Both the position numbers and the translations under genes were made by a program. Below the pieces are notes generated by a model, which was given only the letters and a program-made list of their open reading frames with translations, searched no databases and had not been told where the DNA came from. Below are positions 23,246 through 27,524 of a DNA stretch of 27,524 bases, piece by piece; position 1 is the first letter of the stretch; each line of letters starts with the position of its first letter. The stretch is from Chiloscyllium plagiosum (Eukaryota): NCBI RefSeq assembly GCF_004010195.1, contig NC_057756.1, positions 7,067,095-7,094,618 on the forward strand, read 5' to 3'.

Positions 23246-23469
23246 AATAGATTAGCCATGGGCAAATGCAGGCTTACGGGGGTAGGTCTGGGTGGGATGC
23301 TCTTCGGAGGGTCGATGTGAATGTGATATGCTGAATGGCCTGATTCCACACCTTAGGAAATCTCTCTGACTCCATATGCAAGGGACAAATATTCAATCTA
23401 AATCATAACCCTTCTCGAGCCTGTTATATGATTTTTTTGGTTGTAGCTCACAGTGGCATCCTCATTAAC

Positions 23470-23805
23470 ATTCATAGAGTCCCTATATTGCAGATAGAGG
23501 CCATTTAGACCATCATATCTATAACAACCCTCTAGAGAGCATTCCATCCAGACCCACCTCTGTAAACCCACATTTACCAGAGTTGATCCACCTAACCTGC
23601 ACATTCCTAGGCACTATGGGCAATTTAGCATGGCCAATCCACCTAACCTGCACATTATCGGACTGTGGGAAGAAACCAGAGCACCTGGAGGAAACCCATG
23701 CAGACATGGGGGCAATGTGCAAACCCCACATAGTCACCCAAGGCTGGAGTCGAGCCCACATTTCAACTGCTGTGAGGCAGTAGTGCCAGCAACTGAGCTC
23801 ACCAT
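23470..23805 (-). mobile_element. HE1-type SINE
   Basis: Core gggcaatttagcatggccaatccacctaacctgcac...ggactgtgggaagaaaccagagcacctggagg. A + strand HE1 3' piece also lies at ~23248-23372. Confidence 0.85.
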
Positions 23806-23987
23806 TCGAAATGTTGATTTCAGTCTGATTCTGCTTTATGGTTCCCTCCTTTGCAGAGATCACGTGTGTTAGTCTGACTTAGTGCTACAGAAAATTTCAT
23901 TGTAAAGAGAGGGAAATATTTTGGTGTAGTCAATTGTTTTCTTTACATGTTGGAAGATTATTGGCAGTGATTCATTATACTTTACAG

Positions 23988-24053
23988 GAAAAGTTCCCAC
24001 GCAATCAAAATGTAGCAGGAGTTGGGAAATAAAAGTGCTCCACTTAATTTCAG
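23988..24053 (+). CDS. Candidate 66-nt internal exon, (G)KVPTQSKCSRSWEIKVLHLIS
   Basis: Acceptor ttcattatactttacag| and donor CAG|GTGAGA. Only the phase-1 frame is open, matching the 17124-17172 exon. No family motif recognised. Confidence 0.3.
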
Positions 24054-24378
24054 GTGAGATTTTATTTCTAAATTTTTAATGCAGTGTTAGAGATTGTGTC
24101 ACTTCATTGAAAAATCTATTGAGCTGTTCAAGTCATGTAGTGGAAAATTGGTCCTGATAATATCAATGTTCACAGCAATATTTCAATTAACACAACTGCC
24201 AGGATAGAAAGAGACATCCCATTATCTGTGATAAAACAAATACATTGAGTAGTATTTTGAAAGTAGTGAATATGAACAAAACTCTGAAATGTAAAACAAA
24301 AATGACAATGGCAATAATATAGCAAGATTAAAATTAGTTTTACACTGTAAAGACTTTGTAAATATATATGTCAAACAC

Positions 24379-24600
24379 TGCTGAAAATGTGTTGCTGGAA
24401 CAGCGCAGCAGGTCAGGCAGCATCCAGGGAACAGGAGAATCGACGTTTCAGGCATAAGCCCTTCTTCAGGATTCCTGAAGAAGGGCTTATGCCCGAAACG
24501 TCGATTCTCCTGTTCCCTGGATGCTGCCTGACCTGCTGCGCTGTTCCAGCAACACATTTTCAGCTCTGATCTCCAGCATCTGCCGACCTCACTTTCTCCT
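24379..24600. mobile_element. Young Penelope pseudo-LTR palindromic insertion with target-site duplication
   Basis: 92-bp arms (24380-24471 / 24473-24564) with a single mismatch. Flanking direct repeat (t)atatgtcaaacac at 24365-24378 and 24600-24613. Confidence 0.85.
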
Positions 24601-24795
24601 ATATGTCAAACACAACTTGACAATGATCCATAGATGAAATTAGCATAGATCATCTAACACTTGAAACAATTAGTTTTAAGGGAGTAAGTCCAGAGAATCC
24701 TAGTGATGCTCAGCAGGCCTGACAGCCTTGTTGGAGACAGAAACAGAGTGTAACTTTGAGTCCAATATGATTCTCCTTTGGAACTCGATAAAATG

Positions 24796-25454
24796 TGTGA
24801 GATACTGTGGCTTGAAGAGGTGTGTTTTGTGTTGGTTTGTTTTAGACAGAGAGATTGGGGGACAGGTGCCAAGTAGCCTCTGAGAAGATAAACAAATTAT
24901 GAGGGCTTGGGTTTATTTTTTAAGTAATTTGGAACAAGAGAAACAGCCTAAGTGGGTGCCATCAAGCTCTCACAGATCCAGGATTTTTAATTAGCTTTCA
25001 GCTGATGTTGCTGAGGTATCAGCAGGGTTGGAGCGCAGTGAATCTCTCCTGCCTGCTACACTCTCTCCTTGAGTTTTCTGTCAGAATTGTCTTTTGATGT
25101 TCTTTCCTCCTGGATTGGAGATCTGCATGTGAGACAATCCTATTTTCTGAACTTGCCTATTGTGAAGGGTTTGTTGATGGGATCTTGCTATATTGGAACA
25201 GTTACTGTTTAGTACTAAAATAATCAATTGTTCTGTTAAGTTTTCCAACACATTTGTTATTCTAAGTTCCTCTTTCTTTTGTTGTATTTTAATGGTAGTG
25301 TTTGAATGATTTGTGTTTCGCTTAACATCGAGTAGTTTGACCAATCGAATTGCATCTGGAACACAACACCTCACATTTACGTTTAAAATTAGAAAATGTT
25401 AGGTTCTCAGCTACCTTTAATATATTTTGAGGGGGTACAGTGTGGTCCATAACA
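24796..25454 (+). mobile_element. Probable solo LTR (Gypsy-like)
   Basis: ~660 bp starting TGTGAGAT and ending CATAACA, non-coding. Resembles a shark LTR family from memory. No clean TSD (aatg vs atgg). Confidence 0.55.
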
Positions 25455-25929
25455 ATGGGACATCTTGAAGAAATGAAGCAGAGCTGCAGAGATTTAAGCA
25501 CAGATTTCCAAAGATGAAACCAGGTAATATAAGGTATGACAGTCAAGGGCACAGCAGTTGAAATCAGGGATGCTGAACAGGCCAGAATTAGAAATGAACA
25601 TAAATTGGAGATATTTACAGGAAGTAGGCCAACCGCAAAAACAAAATAAAGAAAGGGATGAGGAAGGGGAATGGATGAATTGGAAAGGAAAGGTGAGAAT
25701 TTCAAAGCTAAGGATTTGTCCAATGGTATGAACATGAAGGACAAAAAGTACCATCCTGTCAGTAATGTAATGAACATTTAGTATATTGCTGCCAATAAAT
25801 ATTTAATTTCCTTATATGCAGAGCTTAAAACACAGTATGCAATCTGTGGTCTCACCAAAGCTTCATTTGATTATAACCTAACACATTTCCTCTTCTGCTT
25901 CAAATCTCTAACAATGTGGCAGAAGGCAA

Positions 25930-26290
25930 TAGGAGGAACAACACCTCATCTTTCACCTGGGCAGCCTACAACCCAGAAGACTCAACATTGAGTTCTCCAA
26001 TTTCAAATGACCTCCCTTCCCATCACTGACCCCCTTCCTAGCCCTCCCTTCCACTTCTCCTTGCCACTAACCGGATTCATTCTTCCCATTGACCAACCAG
26101 GTCATACCCTCCACTTGCCTTCACCTATCCCGACTAAATCACCCTATCCCTGCCACCCCCTTTATCTGCAGCTCCCCCTACACCTACCCACAGTCCTGAG
26201 AATGGTCACATTCGAAACATCAACTTCTCTACCACCTGAAGCTGCCTGGCTTGCTGTGTTGTTCCAGCTTCCTGCCTGTCTACACTGTCA
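25930..26290 (+). mobile_element. Penelope 3' fragment (GIY-YIG C-terminus + pseudo-LTR)
   Basis: Translates EEQHLIFHLGSLQPRRLNIEFSNFK-stop, then a C-rich tract, a decayed cctgagaa..cgaaacatc core and gctgcctggcttgctgtgttgttccagc. Confidence 0.75.
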
Positions 26291-26941
26291 CTTATTGACA
26301 AGTATTGGCCTCTGATTATTCAATGTCTCAATTTTAAATATCTAATTTTCAAATCTCCAAATGGACGCGCATCTCCATTTTGCAATAATCACCTCGAGCT
26401 CCATAATTGTTCAATTTTCTCTGCTCCTCAGATCTTAACCTCTAGTATATCATGACAATCTCATATATACACCAAGATAATTTCCCCTAACCAGTGCAAA
26501 TATATTGTTCATGTTTATTTGATCAGATCGTCTTATTGTCTTTCATATCTCCCGGACTTCTGTCTTGTGAATAAATGAATTCCAAATTCAGTAATCTTTC
26601 CTAACACATATAATATCACAAGGTATTATTCACTTTGCTCAATTCTTTGCGTTTTTTCATCCAGTTTGGAGAGCAAAGCTTTTCATTGTACGTCACCTAA
26701 TTTAATATATGGTTTTTGTATTATAATTTGATATGTCTGAAATTGAATTCTAGATCCAAGATTTATTTTGTGATTTGAGTAAACTCTGCTGCAACTCCTG
26801 GTGATTTCTTTATCTCTGCCCTCAATGGATTTGCTTTCCAAACGTAATGTCAATAGATCTGCCAGCTAATCAACACTGTGAAGATTTAGAGCATACCTGC
26901 CTTGGAATCTGCACCACATATCTGTGCCCAGTATGCTTACC

Positions 26942-27019
26942 TCAAAGAGTGGTGCTTGTATTACACAGGTTTCTGTTACAACAGATGGGTTTCGTGTTAC
27001 TCAGCAACCCTGGAATAGT
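26942..27019 (-). CDS. Last coding exon fragment of a Ly6/uPAR (three-finger) protein, TIPGLLSNTKPICCNRNLCNTSTTL*, truncated upstream by a Penelope element (possibly pseudogenised)
   Basis: Manual minus-strand translation gives the CCxxxLCN LU-domain terminal motif, then TGA at 26944-26942. AATAAA lies on the - strand at 26767-26762. No GPI-type hydrophobic tail. Confidence 0.6.
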   Translation of the reverse strand, partial: TIPGLLSNTKPICCNRNLCNTSTTL

Positions 27020-27480
27020 TGCTGTGATTCTGTTCGCCGAGCTGGAAGTTTTTGTTGCAAACGTTTCGTCCCCTGTCTAGGTGACATCCTCAGTGCTTGG
27101 GAGCCTCCTGTGAAGCGCTTCTGTGGTGTTTCCTCCGGCATTTATAGTGGCCTGTCCCTGTCGCTTCCGGTTGTCAGTTTCAGCTGTCCGCTGTAGGGGC
27201 CGGTATATTGGGTCCAGGTCTATGTGTTTGTTGATGGAATTTGTGGATGAGTGCCATGCTTCTAAGAATTCCCTGGCTGTTCTTTGTTTCGCTTGCCCTA
27301 TAATGGTAGTGTTGTCCCAGTCAAATTCATGTTGCTAGTAGCCACACACGCAGACGACAAGCAACATGAATTCGACTGGGACAACACTACCATTATAGGG
27401 CAAGCCAAACAAAGAACAGCCAGGGAATTCCTAGAAGCATGGCACTCATCCACAAACTCCATCAACAAACACATAGACCT
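27018..27480. mobile_element. Penelope element: - strand 3' end/pseudo-LTR plus an inverted + strand GIY-YIG fragment
   Basis: + ORF HADDKQHEFDWDNTTIIGQAKQRTAREFLEAWHSSTNSINKHIDL. ~120-bp inverted arms at 27217-27337 / 27360-27480. Terminus ttctgttcgccgagctggaagtttttgttgcaaacgtttcgtccc. Confidence 0.85.
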
Positions 27481-27524
27481 AGAGGGTGGTGCGTGTATGG
27501 AATGAGCTGCCAGAGGAAGTGGTG
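27481..27524 (+). mobile_element. CR1 ORF2 C-terminal fragment
   Basis: agagggtggtgcgtgtatggaatgagctgccagaggaagtggtg (RVVRVWNELPEEVV). Confidence 0.8.

Noticed and set aside
23857..23960. Strong acceptor followed by EITCVSLT*CYRKFHC as LU exon 2
   Set aside because: All three frames hit early stops, and the cysteine spacing does not fit.
26847..27080. + strand Cys-rich ORF (HCEDLEHTCLGICTTYLCPVC) as a peptide exon
   Set aside because: Weak acceptor, no recognised cysteine pattern, antisense to the better-supported LU motif, and it runs into Penelope sequence.

Overview
Eukaryotic, repeat-dominated genomic DNA with three N gaps (1308-1688, 5841-6340, 19732-20101). The repeat content points to a cartilaginous fish, probably a shark. 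It includes CR1/HER1-type LINE 3' ends with (TCTATGAC)n tails, HE1-type tRNA SINEs, Penelope GIY-YIG and pseudo-LTR pieces, and a Gypsy-like solo LTR. Nearly all listed ORFs are retroelement debris, low-complexity translations or gap artefacts. The ORF track misses several pieces of one or more spliced host genes for small secreted proteins: (i) a + strand TATA promoter with a 49-nt phase-1 signal-peptide exon (MKLVLAFTIICLCIAH, 17124-17172); (ii) a - strand exon ending in the Ly6/uPAR (three-finger) C-terminal motif CCNRNLCN-TSTTL-stop (26942-27019), cut off by a Penelope insertion; (iii) a ~490-bp inverted duplication (14363-14853 / 20495-20990) that brackets the promoter exon, has a near-identical core resembling a 3' terminal exon, and carries a 27-bp internal micro-inversion. 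Several fold-back palindromes are present, some with Penelope hammerhead-ribozyme-like cores. Repeat family names come from motif recognition, not database searches, and their boundaries are approximate.
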